Both the position numbers and the translations under genes were made by a program. Below are positions 42,745 through 57,200 of a stretch of 64,000 nt of DNA, one piece after another. Source of the stretch: Azolla caroliniana (lineage: Eukaryota; Plantae; Polypodiophyta); NCBI GenBank assembly GCA_043228905.1, contig JBHGNT010000054.1, forward strand, positions 113,554 to 177,553, written 5' to 3'. The first letter of the stretch is position 1; every line of letters begins with the position of its first letter. The notes beneath the pieces are model-generated. The model was not told the origin of the DNA and did no database searches. It was given only the letters and a program-made list of their open reading frames with translations.

Positions 42745-45700
42745 GAAAATTCAAGATTTGGAAACTCAAGTCGAGAGACATGAAGAAAAAAGCAAATTTG
42801 AGGAATGCGTAGACAAGAGCGCCTCACTGACTGAATATGTTCATAGATGGCTCGTGTGATATCGGATTTTGGTGTTTAAACATGCGAATCGAAGGTAACG
42901 AATATAGCCACGACATGGAATTGAAAAATCAAGATTTTGAAACTCAAGTCGAGAGACATGAAGAAAAAAGCAATTTTGAGGAAGGCGTAGACAAGAGCGC
43001 CGCACTGACTGAAAATGTTCCTAGATGGCTTGTGTGATATCGGATTTTGGTGTTTAAACCTGCGAATCGAAGGTAACGAATATAGCCATGATATGGAATT
43101 GAAAAATCAAGATTTAAAAACTCAGGTCCAGAGACATGAAGTAAAAAGCAAATTTAAGGAAGCCGTCGACAAGAGCGCCACAATGAATGAAAATGTTAAT
43201 AGATTCCTCGTGTGATATCGGATTTTGGTGTTTAAACATGCGAATCGAAGGTAACGAAACTAGCCATGATATGGAATTAAAAAATAAAGATTTTGAAACT
43301 CAAGTCGAGAGACATGAAGGAAAAAGCCATTTTGAGGAAGGCGTAGACAAGAGCGCCTCACTGAATGAAAAGGTTCATAGATGGCTCGTGTGATATCGGA
43401 TTTTGGTGTTTAAACATGCGATTCGAAGGTAACGAATCTAGCCATGATATGGAATTAAAAAATAAAGATTTTGATACTCATATCGAGAGACATGAAGAAA
43501 AAAGCAATTTTGAGGTAGGCGTAGACTAGAGCGCCTCAATGGATGAAAATGTTCATAGAATCCTCGTGTGATATCGGATTTAGGTTTTTAAACATGCGAA
43601 TCGAAGGTAACGAAACTAGCCATGATATGGAATTAAAATATCAAGATTTTGAAACTCAGGTCGAGAGAAGTGAAGAAAAAAGTAATTTTGAGGAAGGCGT
43701 AGACAAGTGCGCCTCACTGACTGAAAATGTTCATAGATGGCTCGTGTGATATCGGGTTTTGGTGTTTAAACATGCGAATCGAAGGTAACGACTATAGCCA
43801 TGATATGGAATTGAAAAATCAAGATTTAAGCAAATTTGAGGAAGGCGTAGACAAGAGCGCCTCACTTACTAAAAATGTTCATAGATGGCTCGTGTGATAT
43901 CGGATTTTGGTGTTTAAACATGCGAATCGAAGGTAACGAATCTAGCCATGATATGGAATTAAAAAATCAAGATTTTCAAACTCAAGTCAAGATACATGAC
44001 GAAAACAGCAATTTTGAGGAAGGCGTAGACAAAAGCGCCTCACTGACTGAATATGTTCATAGATTCCTCGTGTGATATCGGATTTTGGTGTTTAAACATG
44101 CGAATCGAAGGTAACAAAACTAGCCACGACATGGAATTGAAAAATCAAGATTTTGAAACTCAAGTCGAGAGACATGAAGAAAAAAGCAAATTTGAGGAAG
44201 GCGTAGACAAGAGCGCCTCACTGACTGAATATGTTCATAGATGGCTCGTGTGATATCGGATTTTGGTGTTTAAACATGCGAATCGAAGGTAACGAATATA
44301 GCCACGACATGGAATTGAAAAATCAAGATTTTGAAACTCAAGTCGAGAGACATGAAGAAAAAAACAATTTTGAGGAAGGCGTAGACAAGAGCGCCGCACT
44401 GACTGAAAATGTTCCTAGATGGCTTGTGTGATATCGGATTTTGGTGTTTAAACCTGCGAATCGAAGGTAACGAATATAGCCATGATATGGAATTGAAAAA
44501 TCAAGATTTAAAAACTCAGGTCCAGAGACATGAAGTAAAAAGCAAGTTTAAGGAAGCCGTCGACAAGAGCGCCACAATGAATGAAAATGTTAATAGATTC
44601 CTCGTGTGATATCGGATTTTGGTGTTTAAACATGCGAATCGAAGGTAACGAAACTAGCCATGATATGGAATTAAAAAATCAAGATTTTGAAACTCAAGTC
44701 GAGAGACATGAAGGAAAAAGCAAATTTGAGGAAGGCGTAGACAAGAGCGCCTCACTTACTAAAAATGTTCATAGATGGCTCGTGTGATATCGGATTTTGG
44801 TGTTTAAACATGCGAATCGAAGGTAACGAATCTAGCCATGATATGGAATTAAAAAATCAAGACTTTCAAACTCAAGTCAAGATACATGACGAAAACAGCA
44901 ATTTTGAGGAAGGCGTAGACAAAAGCGCCTCAATGACTGAATATGTTCATAGATTCCTCGTGTGATATCGGATTTTGGTGTTTAAACATGCGAATCGAAG
45001 GTAACGAAACTAGCCACGATATGGAATTGAAAAATCAAGATTTTGAAACTCAAGTCGAGAGACATGAAGAAAAAAGCAAATTTGAGGAAGGCGTAGAGAA
45101 GAGCGCCTCACTGACTGAATATGTTCATAGATGGCTCGTGTGATATCGGATTTTGGTGTTTAAACATGCGAATCGAAGGTAACGAATATAGCCACGACAT
45201 GGAATTGAAAAATCAAGATTTTGAAACTCAAGTCGAGTGACATGAAGAAAAAAGCAATTTTGAGGAAGGCGTAGACAAGAGCGCCGCACTGACTGAAAAT
45301 GTTCCTAGATGGCTTGTGTGATATCGGATTTTGGTGTTTAAACCTGCGAATCGAAGGTAACGAATATAGCCATGATATGGAATTGAAAAATCAAGATTTA
45401 AAAACTCAGGTCCAGAGACATGAAGTAAAAAGCAAATTTAAGGAAGCCGTCGACAAGAGCGCCACAATGAATGAAAATGTTAATAGATTCCTCGTGTGAT
45501 ATCGGATTTTGGTGTTTAAACATGCGAATCGAAGGTAACGAAACTAGCCATGATATGGAATTAAAAAATAAAGATTTTGAAACTCAAGTCGAGAGACATG
45601 AAGGAAAAAGCCATTTTGAGGAAGGCGTAGACAAGAGCGCCTCACTGAATGAAAAGGTTCATAGATGGCTCGTGTGATATCGGATTTTGGTGTTTAAACA

Positions 45701-48700
45701 TGCGAATCGAAGGTAACGAATCTAGCCATGATATGGAATTAAAAAATAAAGATTTTGATACTCATATCGAGAGACATGAAGAATAAAGCAATTTTGAGGT
45801 AGGCGTAGACAAGAGCGCCTCAATGGATGAAAATGTTCATAGAATCCTCGTGTGATATCGGATTTAGGTTTTTAAACATGCGAATCGAAGGTAACGAAAC
45901 TAGCCATGATATGGAATTAAAATATCAAGATTTTGAAACTCAGGTCGAGAGAAGTGAAGAAAAAAGTAATTTTGAGGAAGGCGTAGACAAGTGCGCCTCA
46001 CTGACTGAAAATGTTCATAGATGGCTCGTGTGATATCGGGTTTTGGTGTTTAAACATGCGAATCGAAGGTAACGACTATAGCCATGATATGGAATTGAAA
46101 AATCAAGATTTAAGCAAATTTGAGGAAGGCGTAGACAAGAGCGCCTCACTTACTAAAAATGTTCATAGATGGCTCGTGTGATATCGGATTTTGGTGTTTA
46201 AACATGCGAATCGAAGGTAACGAATCTAGCCATGATATGGAATTAAAAAATCAAGATTTTCAAACTCAAGTCAAGATACATGACGAAAACAGCAATTTTG
46301 AGGAAGGCGTAGACAAAAGCGCCTCACTGACTGAATATGTTCATAGATTCCTCGTGTGATATCGGATTTTGGTGTTTAAACATGCGAATCGAAGGTAACG
46401 AAACTAGCCACGACATGGAATTGAAAAATCAAGATTTTGAAACTCAAGTCGAGAGACATGAAGAAAAAAGCAAATTTGAGGAAGGCGTAGACAAGAGCGC
46501 CTCACTGACTGAATATGTTCATAGATGGCTCGTGTGATATCGGATTTTGGTGTTTAAACATGCGAATCGAAGGTAACGAATATAGCCACGACATGGAATT
46601 GAAAAATCAAGATTTTGAAACTCAAGTCGAGAGACATGAAGAAAAAAGCAATTTTGAGGAAGGCGTAGACAAGAGCGCCGCACTGACTGAAAATGTTCCT
46701 AGATGGCTTGTGTGATATCGGATTTTGGTGTCTAAACCTGCGAATCGAAGGTAACGAATATAGCCATGATATGGAATTGAAAAATCAAGATTTAAAAACT
46801 CAGGTCCAGAGACATGAAGTAAAAAGCAAGTTTAAGGAAGCCGTCGACAAGAGCGCCACAATGAATGAAAATGTTAATAGATTCCTCGTGTGATATCGGA
46901 TTTTGGTGTTTAAACATGCGAATCGAAGGTAACGAAACTAGCCATGATATGGAATTAAAAAATCAAGATTTTGAAACTCAAGTCGAGAGACATGAAGGAA
47001 AAAGCAAATTTGAGGAAGGCGTAGACAAGAGCGCCTCACTTACTAAAAATGTTCATAGATGGCTCGTGTGATATCGGATTTTGGTGTTTAAACATGCGAA
47101 TCGAAGGTAACGAATCTAGCCATGATATGGAATTAAAAAATCAAGACTTTCAAACTCAAGTCAAGATACATGACGAAAACAGCAATTTTGAGGAAGGCGT
47201 AGACAAGAGCGCCTCAATGACTGAATATGTTCATAGATTCCTCGTGTGATATCGGATTTTGGTGTTTAAACATGCGAATCGAAGGTAACGAAACTAGCCA
47301 CGATATGGAATTGAAAAATCAAGATTTTGAAACTCAAGTCGAGAGACATGAAGAAAAAAGCAAATTTGAGGAAGGCGTAGAGAAGAGCGCCTCACTGACT
47401 GAATATGTTCATAGATGGCTCGTGTGATATCGGATTTTGGTGTTTAAACATGCGAATCGAAGGTAACGAATATAGCCACGACATGGAATTGAAAAATCAA
47501 GATTTTGAAACTCAAGTCGAGTGACATGAAGAAAAAAGCAATTTTGAGGAAGGCGTAGACAAGAGCGCCGCACTGACTGAAAATGTTCCTAGATGGCTTG
47601 TGTGATATCGGATTTTGGTGTTTAAACCTGCGAATCGAAGGTAACGAATATAGCCATGATATGGAATTGAAAAATCAAGATTTAAAAACTCAGGTCCAGA
47701 GACATGAAGTAAAAAGCAAATTTAAGGAAGCCGTCGACAAGAGCGCCACAATGAATGAAAATGTTAATAGATTCCTCGTGTGATATCGGATTTTGGTGTT
47801 TAAACATGCGAATCGAAGGTAACGAAACTAGCCATGATATGGAATTAAAAAATAAAGATTTTGAAACTCAAGTCGAGAGACATGAAGGAAAAAGCCATTT
47901 TGAGGAAGGCGTAGACAAGAGCGCCTCACTGAATGAAAAGGTTCATAGATGGCTCGTGTGATATCGGATTTTGGTGTTTAAACATGCGAATCGAAGGTAA
48001 CGAATCTAGCCATGATATGGAATTAAAAAATAAAGATTTTGATACTCATATCGAGAGACATGAAGAATAAAGCAATTTTGAGGTAGGCGTAGACAAGAGC
48101 GCCTCAATGGATGAAAATGTTCATAGAATCCTCGTGTGATATCGGATTTAGGTTTTTAAACATGCGAATCGAAGGTAACGAAACTAGCCATGATATGGAA
48201 TTAAAATATCAAGATTTTGAAACTCAGGTCGAGAGAAGTGAAGAAAAAAGTAATTTTGAGGAAGGCGTAGACAAGTGCGCCTCACTGACTGAAAATGTTC
48301 ATAGATGGCTCGTGTGATATCGGGTTTTGGTGTTTAAACATGCGAATCGAAGGTAACGACTATAGCCATGATATGGAATTGAAAAATCAAGATTTAAGCA
48401 AATTTGAGGAAGGCGTAGACAAGAGCGCCTCACTTACTAAAAATGTTCATAGATGGCTCGTGTGATATCGGATTTTGGTGTTTAAACATGCGAATCGAAG
48501 GTAACGAATCTAGCCATGATATGGAATTAAAAAATCAAGATTTTCAAACTCAAGTCAAGATACATGACGAAAACAGCAATTTTGAGGAAGGCGTAGACAA
48601 AAGCGCCTCACTGACTGAATATGTTCATAGATTCCTCGTGTGATATCGGATTTTGGTGTTTAAACATGCGAATCGAAGGTAACGAAACTAGCCACGACAT

Positions 48701-50740
48701 GGAATTGAAAAATCAAGATTTTGAAACTCAAGTCGAGAGACATGAAGAAAAAAGCAAATTTGAGGAAGGCGTAGACAAGAGCGCCTCACTGACTGAATAT
48801 GTTCATAGATGGCTCGTGTGATATCGGATTTTGGTGTTTAAACATGCGAATCGAAGGTAACGAATATAGCCACGACATGGAATTGAAAAATCAAGATTTT
48901 GAAACTCAAGTCGAGAGACATGAAGAAAAAAGCAATTTTGAGGAAGGCGTAGACAAGAGCGCCGCACTGACTGAAAATGTTCCTAGATGGCTTGTGTGAT
49001 ATCGGATTTTGGTGTCTAAACCTGCGAATCGAAGGTAACGAATATAGCCATGATATGGAATTGAAAAATCAAGATTTAAAAACTCAGGTCCAGAGACATG
49101 AAGTAAAAAGCAAGTTTAAGGAAGCCGTCGACAAGAGCGCCACAATGAATGAAAATGTTAATAGATTCCTCGTGTGATATCGGATTTTGGTGTTTAAACA
49201 TGCGAATCGAAGGTAACGAAACTAGCCATGATATGGAATTAAAAAATCAAGATTTTGAAACTCAAGTCGAGAGACATGAAGGAAAAAGCAAATTTGAGGA
49301 AGGCGTAGACAAGAGCGCCTCACTTACTAAAAATGTTCATAGATGGCTCGTGTGATATCGGATTTTGGTGTTTAAACATGCGAATCGAAGGTAACGAATC
49401 TAGCCATGATATGGAATTAAAAAATCAAGACTTTCAAACTCAAGTCAAGATACATGACGAAAACAGCAATTTTGAGGAAGGCGTAGACAAGAGCGCCTCA
49501 ATGACTGAATATGTTCATAGATTCCTCGTGTGATATCGGATTTTGGTGTTTAAACATGCGAATCGAAGGTAACGAAACTAGCCACGATATGGAATTGAAA
49601 AATCAAGATTTTGAAACTCAAGTCGAGAGACATGAAGAAAAAAGCAAATTTGAGGAAGGCGTAGAGAAGAGCGCCTCACTGACTGAATATGTTCATAGAT
49701 GGCTCGTGTGATATCGGATTTTGGTGTTTAAACATGCGAATCGAAGGTAACGAATATAGCCACGACATGGAATTGAAAAATCAAGATTTTGAAACTCAAG
49801 TCGAGTGACATGAAGAAAAAAGCAATTTTGAGGAAGGCGTAGACAAGAGCGCCGCACTGACTGAAAATGTTCCTAGATGGCTTGTGTGATATCGGATTTT
49901 GGTGTTTAAACCTGCGAATCGAAGGTAACGAATATAGCCATGATATGGAATTGAAAAATCAAGATTTAAAAACTCAGGTCCAGAGACATGAAGTAAAAAG
50001 CAAATTTAAGGAAGCCGTCGACAAGAGCGCCACAATGAATGAAAATGTTAATAGATTCCTCGTGTGATATCGGATTTTGGTGTTTAAACATGCGAATCGA
50101 AGGTAACGAAACTAGCCATGATATGGAATTAAAAAATAAAGATTTTGAAACTCAAGTCGAGAGACATGAAGGAAAAAGCCATTTTGAGGAAGGCGTAGAC
50201 AAGAGCGCCTCACTGAATGAAAAGGTTCATAGATTCCTCGTGTGATATCGGATTTTGGTTTTTAAACATGCGAATCGAAGGTAACGAAACTAGCCATGAT
50301 ATGGAATTAAAATATCAAGATTTTGAAACTCAGGTCGAGAGAAGTGAAGAAAAAAGTAATTTTGAGGAAGGCGTAGACAAGTGCGCCTCACTGACTGAAA
50401 ATGTTCATAGATGGCTCGTGTGATATCGGGTTTTGGTGTTTAAACATGCGAATCGAAGGTAACGACTATAGCCATGATATGGAATTGAAAAATCAAGATT
50501 TAAGCAAATTTGAGGAAGGCGTAGACAAGAGCGCCTCACTTACTAAAAATGTTCATAGATGGCTCGTGTGATATCGGATTTTGGTGTTTAAACATGCGAA
50601 TCGAAGGTAACGAATCTAGCCATGATATGGAATTAAAAAATCAAGATTTTCAAACTCAAGTCAAGATACATGACGAAAACAGCAATTTTGAGGAAGGCGT
50701 AGACAAAAGCGCCTCACTGACTGAATATGTTAATAGATTC
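42130..50740 (+). repeat. 2284-bp HOR (12x178 + one 148-bp monomer), about 3.8 near-identical tandem copies
   Basis: The junction gatttaagcaaattt occurs at ~43828, 46112, 48396 and 50502 (spacing 2284, 2284, 2106). ORF starts 43543/45827/48111 and 44581/46865/49149 are spaced 2284 apart. Confidence 0.93.
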
Positions 50741-53700
50741 CTCGTGTGATATCGGATTTTGGTGTTTAAACATGCGAATCGAAGGTAACGAATCTAGCCA
50801 TGATATGGAATGAAAAAATCAAGATTTCGAAACTCAAGTCAAGATACATGATGAAAACAGCGCCTCACTGACTGAATATGTTCATAGATTCCTCGTGTGA
50901 TATAGTATTTTGGTGTTTAAACATGCGAATCGAAGGTAACGAAACTAGCCACGATATGGAATTGAAAAATCAAGATTTTGAAACTCAAGTCGAGAGACAT
51001 GAAGGAAAAAGCCATTTTGAGGAAGGCGTAGACAAGAGCGACTCACTGACTGAATATGTTCATAGATGGCTCGTGTGATATCGGATTTTGGTGTTTAAAC
51101 ATGCGAATCAAGTCGAGAGACATGAAGAAAAAAGCAATTTTGAGGAAGGCGTAGACAAGAGCGCCTCACTGACTGAAAATGTTCCTAGATGGCTTGTGTG
51201 ATATCGGATTTTGGTGTTTAAACCTGCGAATCGAAGGTAACGAATATAGCCATGATATGGAATTGAAAAATCAAGATTTAAAAACTCAGGTCCAGAGACA
51301 TAAAGAAAAAAGCAAATTTGAGGAAGGCGTAGACAAGAGCGCCTCACTGACTGAAAATGTTCATAGATGGCTTGTGTGATATCGGATTTTGGTGTTTAAA
51401 CATGCGAATCGAAGGTAACGAATATAGCCATGATATGGAATTGAAAAATCAAGATTTAAAAACTCAGGTCCAGAGACATGAAGTAAAAAGCAAATTTAAG
51501 GAAGCCGTCGACAAGAGCGCCACAATGAATGAAAATGTTAATAGATTCCTCGTGTGATATCGGATTTTGGTGTTTAAACATGCGAATCGAAGGTAACGAA
51601 ACTAGCCATGATATGGAATTAGAAAATCAAGATTTTGAAACTCAAGTCGAGAGACATGAAGGAAAAAGCAAATTTGAGTAAGGCGTAGACAAGAGGGCCT
51701 CACTTACTAAAAATGTTCATAGATGGCTCGTGTGATATCGGATTTTGGTGTTTAAACATGGGAATCGAAGGTAACGAATCTAGCCATGATATGGAATTAA
51801 AAAATAAACATTTTGATACTCATATCGAGGGACATGAAGAAAAAAGCAATTTTGAGGTAGGCGTAGACAAGAGCGCCTCACTGACTAAAAATGTTCATAG
51901 ATGGCTCATGTGATATCGGATTTTGGTGTTTAAACATGCGAATCGAAGGTAACGAAACTAGCCATGATATCGAATTAAAAAATTAAGATTTTGCAACTCA
52001 GGTGGAGAGACATGAAGAAAAAAGCAATTTTGAGGAAGGCGTAGACAAGAGCGCCTCACTGACTGAAAATGTTCATAGATGGCTTGTGTGATATCGGATG
52101 TTGGTGTTTAAACATGCGAATCGAAGATAACGAAACTAGCCATGATATGGAATTAAAAAATCAAGATTTTGAAACTCAGGTCGAGAGAAATGAAGAAAAA
52201 AGAAATTTTGAGGAAGGCGTAGACAAGTGCGCCTCACTGACTGAAAATGTTCATAGATGGCTCGTGTGATATCGGATTTTGGTGTTTAAACATGCGAATT
52301 AAAGGTAACGAATATAGCCATGATATGGTATTGAAAAATCAAGATTTAAAAACTCAGGTCGAGAGACATAAAGTAAAAAGGAAATTTAAGGAAGGCATCG
52401 ACAAGAGCGCCTCAATGGATGAAAAGGTTCATAGATTCCTCGTGTGATATCGGATTTTGGTGTTTAAACATGCGAATCGAAGGTAACGAATCTGGCCATG
52501 ATATGGAATTAAAAAATCAAGATTTTGAAACTCAAGTCAAGATACATGACGAAAACAGCAATTTTGAGGAAGGCGAAGACAAGAGCGCCTCACTGACTGA
52601 AAATGTTCATAGATGGCTCGTGTGATATCGGATTTTGGTGTTTAAACATGCGAATTGAAGGTAACGAATATAGCCATGATATGGAATTGAAAAATCAAGA
52701 TTTTCAAACTCAAGTCGAGAGACATGAAGAAAAAAGCAAATTTGAGGAAGGCGTAGACAAGAGCGCCTCACTGACTGAATATGTTCATAGATGGCTCGTG
52801 TGATATCGGATTTTGGTGTTTAAACATGCAAATTGAAGGTAACGAATATAGCCACGACATGGAATTGAAAAATCAAGATTTTGAAACTCAAGTCGAGAGA
52901 CATGAACAAAGAAGCAATTTTGAGGAAGGCGTAGACAAGAGCGCCTCACTGATTGAAAATGTTCCTAGATGGCTTGTGTGATATCGGATTTTGGTGTTTA
53001 AACCTGCGAATCGAAGGTAACGAATATAGCCATGATATGGAATTGAAAAATCAAGATTTAAAAACTCAGGTCCAGAGACATGAAGTAAAAAGCAAATTTA
53101 AGGAAGCCGTCGACAAGAGCGCCACAATGAATGAAAATGTTAACAGATTCCTCGTGTGATATCGGATTTTGGTGTTTAAACATGCGAATCGAAGGTAACA
53201 AAACTAGCCATGATATGGAATAAAAAAATCAAGATTTTGAAACTAAAGTCGAGAGACATGAAGGAAAAAGCAATTTTGAGGAAGGCGTAGACAAGAGCGA
53301 CTCAATGAATGAAAATGTTCATAGAAAACCCGTGTGATATCGGATTTTGGTGTTTAAACATGCGAATCGAAGGTAACGAATCTAGCCATGATATGGAATT
53401 AAAAAATCAAGATTTTCAAACTCAAGTCGAGAGACATGAAGATAAACGCAATTTTGAGGAAGGCGTAGACAAGAGCGCCTCACTGACTGAAAATGTTCCT
53501 AGATGGCTTGTGTGATATCGGATTTTGGTGTTTAAACCTGCGAATCGAAGGTAACGAATATAGCCATGATATGGAATTGAAAAATCAAGATTTAAAAACT
53601 CTGGTCGAGAGACATAAAGAAAAAAGCAATTTTGAGGAAGGCGTAGACAAGAGCGCCTCACTGACTAAAAATGTTCATAGATGGCTCGTGTGATATCGGA

Positions 53701-54299
53701 TTTTGGTGTTTAAACATGCGAATTAAAGGTAACGAATATAGCCATGATATGGTATTGAAAAATCAAGATTTAAAAACTCAGGTCGAGAGACATAAAGTAA
53801 AAAGGAAATTTAAGGAAGGTATCGACAAGAGCGGCTCAATGGATGAAAAGGTTCATAGAGTCCTCGTGTGATATCGGATTTTGGTGTTTAAACATGCGAA
53901 TCGAAGGTAACGAAACTAGCCATGATATGCAATAAAAAAATCAAGATTTTAAAACTCAAGTCGAGAGACATGAAGGAAAAAGAAATTTTGAGGAAGGCGT
54001 AGACAAGAGCGACTCAATGAATGAAAATGTTCATAGATAACTCGTGTGATATCGGATTTTGGTGTTTAAACATGCGAATCGAAGGTAACGAATATAGCCA
54101 TGATATGGAATTAAAAAATCAAGATTTTGAAACTCAAGTCGAGAGACATGAAGAAAAAAGCAATTTTGAGGAAGGCGTAGACAAGAGCGCCTCAATGAAT
54201 GAAAATGTTCATAGATGGCTCGTGTGATATCGGATTTTGATATCGGATTTTCGAGAGACATGAAGAGAAAACAAATTTTGAGGAAGGCGTAGACAAGAG

Positions 54300-57200
54300 C
54301 GCCTCAATGAATGAAAATGTTCATAGATTCCTAGTGTGATATCGGATTTTGATGTTTAAACATGCAAATCGAAGGTAACGAATATAGCCATGATATGGAA
54401 TTGAAAAATCAAGATTTTGAAACTCAAGTCGACAGTCATGAAGGAAAAAGCAAATTTCAGGAAGGCGTAGACAAGAGCGCCTCACTGACTAAAAATGTTC
54501 ATAGATGGCTCGTGTGATATCGGATTTTGGTATTTAAACATGCGAATCGAAAGTAACGAATAGAGCCACGACATCGAATTGAAAAATCAAAATTTTGAAA
54601 CTCAAGTCGAGAGACATGAATAAAAAAGCAATTTTGAGGAAGGCGTAAACAAGAGCGCCTCACTGACTGAAAATGTTCATACATGGCTCGTGTGATATCG
54701 GATTTTGGTGTTTAAACATGCGAATCGAAGGTAACGAATATAGCCATGATATGGAATTGAAAAATCAAGATTTAAAAACACAGGTCGAGAGACATGAAGA
54801 GAAAAGCAATTTTGAGGAAGGCGTCGACAAGAGCGCCTCAATGAATGAAAAGGTTCATAGATTCCTCGTGTGATATCGGATTTTGGTGTTTAAACATGCG
54901 AATCGAAGGTAACGAATCTAGCCATGATATGGAATTAAAAAATAAAGATTTTGAAACTCAGGTCGAGACACATGAAGAAAAAAGCAATTTTGAGGAAGGC
55001 GTCGACAAGAGCGCCACAATGAATGAAAATGTTCATAGATGGCTCGTGTGATATCGGATTTTGGTGTTTAAACATGCGAATCGAAGGTAACGAATATAGC
55101 CATGATATGGAATTGAAAAATCAAGATTTAAAAACTCAGGTCAAGAGACATAAAGAAAAAAGCAATTTTGAGGAAGGCGTCGACAAGAGCGCCTCAATGA
55201 ATGAAAATGTTCATAGATTCCTAGTGTGATATCGGATTTTGATGTTTAAACATGCGAATCGAAGGTAACGAATATAGCCATCATATGGAATTAAAAAATA
55301 AAGATTTTGAAACTCAGGTCGAGACACATGAAGAAAAAAGCAATTTTGAGGAAGGCGTCGACAAGAGCGCCACACTGAATGAAAATGTTCATAGATGGCT
55401 CGTGTGATATCGGATTTTGGTGTTTAAACATGCGAATCGAAGGTAACGAAACTAGCCATGATATGGAATTGAAAAATCAATATTTTGAAATTCAAGTCGA
55501 GAGACATGAAAAAAAAAGAAATTTTGAGGAAGGCGTAGACAAGAGCGCCTCAATGAATGAAAATGTTCATAGATTCCTAGTGTGGTATCGGATTTTGGTG
55601 TTTAAACATGCGAATCGAAGGTAACGAATCTAGCCATGATATGGAATTAAAAAATAAAGATTTTGAAACTCAGGTCGAGACACATGAAGAAAAAAGCAAT
55701 TTTGAGGAAGGCGTCGACAAGAGCGCCACAATGAATGAAAATGTTCATAGATGGCTCGTGTGATATCGGATTTTGGTGTTTAAACATGCGAATCGAAGGT
55801 AACGAATATAGCCATGATATGGAATTGAAAAATCAAGATTTAAAAACTCAGGTCAAGAGACATAAAGAAAAAAGCAATTTTGAGGAAGGCGTCGACAAGA
55901 GCGCCTCAATGAATGAAAATGTTCATAGATTCCTAGTGTGATATCGGATTTTGATGTTTAAACATGCGAATCGAAGGTAACGAATATAGCCATGATATGG
56001 AATTAAAAAATAAAGATTTTGAAACTCAGGTCGAGACACATGAAGAAAAAAGCAATTTTGAGGAAGGCGTCGACAAGAGCGCCACACTGAATGAAAATGT
56101 TCATAGATGGCTCGTGTGATATCGGATTTTGGTGTTTAAACATGTGAATCGAAGGTATCGAAACTAGCAATGATATGGAATTAAAAAATAAAGATTTTGA
56201 TACTCAGGTCGAGAGACATGAAGAAAAAAGCAATTTTGAGGTAGGCGTAGACAATAGCGCCTCACTGACTAAAAATGTTCATATATGGCTTGTGTGATAT
56301 CGGATTTTAGTGTTTAAACATGCGAATCGAAGGTAACGAATATAGCCATGATATGGAATTGAAAAATCAAGATTTAAAAACTCAGGTCAAGAGACATAAA
56401 GAAAAAAGCAATTTTGTGGAAGGCGTAGACAAGAGCGCCTCACTGACTGAAAATGTTCCTAGATAGCTTGTGTGATATCGGATTTTGGTGTTTAAACATG
56501 CGAATCGAAGGTAACAAATATAGCCAAGATATGGAATTGTAAAATCAAGATTTAAAAACTCAGGTCGAGAGAAATGAAGTAAAAAGAAAATTTAAGGAAG
56601 CCGTCGACAAGAGCGCCACAATGAATGAAAATGTTAATAGATTCCTCGTGTGATATCGGATTTTGGTGTTTAAACATGCGAATCGAAGGTAACGAATATT
56701 GCCACGACATCGAATTGAAAAATCAAAATTTTGAAACTCATGTCGAGAGACATGAATAAAAAAGCAATTTTGAGGTAGGCGTAGACAAGAGCGCCTCACT
56801 GACTAAAAATGTTCATATATGGCTTGTGTGATATCGGATTGTGGTGTTTAAACATGCGAATCGAAGGTAACGAATATAGCCATGATATGGAATTGAAAAT
56901 TCAAGATTTAAAAACTCAGGTCAAGAGACATGAAAAAAAAGCAATTTTGAGGAAGGCGTAGACAAGAGCGCCTCACTGACTGAAAATGTTCATACATGGC
57001 TCGTGTGATATCGGATTTTGGTGTTTAAACATGCGAATCGAAGGTAACGAATATAGCCATGATATGGAATTAAAAAATAAAGATTTTGAAACTCAGGTCG
57101 AGACACATGAAGAAAAAAGCAATTTTGAGGAAGGCGTCGACAAGAGCGCCACAATGAATGATAATGTTCATAGATTCCTCGTGTGATATCGGATTTTGAT

